This document shows, one piece after another, positions 27,154 to 27,651 of a DNA stretch of 27,651 nucleotides; positions within the stretch are counted from its first letter, which is position 1; each line of letters starts with the position of its first letter. Made by a program: the position numbers and the translations under genes. The stretch comes from Candidatus Zipacnadia bacterium. Its GTDB lineage: Bacteria; Armatimonadota; Zipacnadia; Zipacnadales; Zipacnadaceae. The stretch covers positions 1 through 27,651 of the forward strand of contig JALGTJ010000007.1 in NCBI GenBank assembly GCA_029821415.1, read 5' to 3'. Under the pieces are notes generated by a model. That model searched no databases. It was not told where the DNA came from and saw only the letters and a list, made by a program, of their open reading frames with translations.

Positions 27154-27474
27154 CTACGACGTGCGGATGGCGATATCTACACCGCCGGGCAAGTCAAGCT
27201 CCATCAATGCATCCACCGTGCGAGCTGTGGAGTCCAGAATATCAATGAGACGCTTATGAATTCGCATCTCAAAGTGCTCCATAGTGCGGGTGGATCGCCC
27301 CAGTGCCGTCGGCTTGACAATACAGTAAACGTGCTTTTCCGTGGGCAGCGGCACCGGCCCGGATATGCGCGCCCCTGTGTTCTCAGCCGTCTCCACTATC
27401 TTCTCACACGACTGGTCCAGCACTTCGTGATCGAAAGCCTTCAACTTGATCCTGATTTGTGAACTTCTTTGCAT
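27154..27474 (-). CDS. rpsJ: 30S ribosomal protein S10 (NusE) with atypical loop
   Basis: [36 protein letters not shown]; ATG 27474 after GAGGT. Confidence 0.97.
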   Translation of the reverse strand: MQRSSQIRIKLKAFDHEVLDQSCEKIVETAENTGARISGPVPLPTEKHVYCIVKPTALGRSTRTMEHFEMRIHKRLIDILDSTARTVDALMELDLPGGVDIAIRTS

Positions 27475-27530
27475 AACAACCTCGCTTCGCGCATGCACCG
27501 ACGAGATCTCCGGTGCGCAGCTCTAACTGG

Positions 27531-27651
27531 CTATTCCAGAACTTTCGTAACGACGCCGGCGCCGACGGTATGTCCGCCCTCGCGGATGGCAAAACGCACG
27601 CCTTCGGTCATAGCAATAGGCTGAATTAACTCCACCGTGAATTGGGCGTTA
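27531..27651 (-). CDS. tuf: Elongation factor Tu, C-terminal 39 residues (partial at window edge)
   Basis: Manual translation [39 protein letters not shown], directly upstream of rpsJ. Confidence 0.96.
   Translation of the reverse strand, partial: NAQFTVELIQPIAMTEGVRFAIREGGHTVGAGVVTKVLE

Noticed and set aside
104-27592. Numerous plus-strand and alternative-frame ORFs in the track (for example 292-825, 13428-13973, 16125-16757, 17002-17655, 19086-19775 minus, 20658-21413, 23298-23882)
   Set aside because: They are antisense or out-of-frame shadows of well-supported genes in GC-rich DNA, with no recognisable motifs.
27531-27651. EF-Tu [10 protein letters not shown] instead of REGGRTVGAG
   Set aside because: A single substitution in a short fragment; the kirromycin-related Ala in RFAIRE is intact, and no functional inference is supportable.
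1-27651. CRISPR arrays, IS elements, integrases, prophage genes, tRNA and rRNA genes
   Set aside because: None seen: no regular repeat-spacer pattern, no transposase or integrase motifs, and no tRNA cloverleaf in the intergenic spacers.

Overview
Bacterial chromosome; every confidently called gene is on the minus strand. The lineage is probably an anaerobic Terrabacteria group (Armatimonadota-like is a low-confidence guess). In transcription order (right to left) the window holds: the 3' end of tuf; the S10-spc-alpha ribosomal protein superoperon (rpsJ to rplQ, with secY, adk, map, infA, rpoA); truA-rplM-rpsI and a terminator; a frameshifted secreted-protein gene; a near-consensus sigma70 promoter with a ~260-nt structured leader; then rpmF-plsX-fabH, an acyl-CoA dehydrogenase, a UbiE/MenG methyltransferase, etfB and a ferredoxin-fused etfA that runs off the window. 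The superoperon departs from the usual pattern in four ways. (1) A full-length, non-canonical EF-G paralogue (EF-G2 type) sits between rpsQ and rplN. (2) rpsQ is truncated right at that junction. (3) rpsE and rpmD are absent from their usual slot. (4) Normally conserved loops or tails are remodelled in S10, S3, S19, L6 and L24. The secreted-protein gene is broken by an exact 7-bp tandem duplication whose removal restores one ~600-aa ORF. I found no tRNA, rRNA, CRISPR array or transposase. All assignments come from motif recognition by eye, with no database search, and assembly artefacts cannot be excluded from sequence alone.
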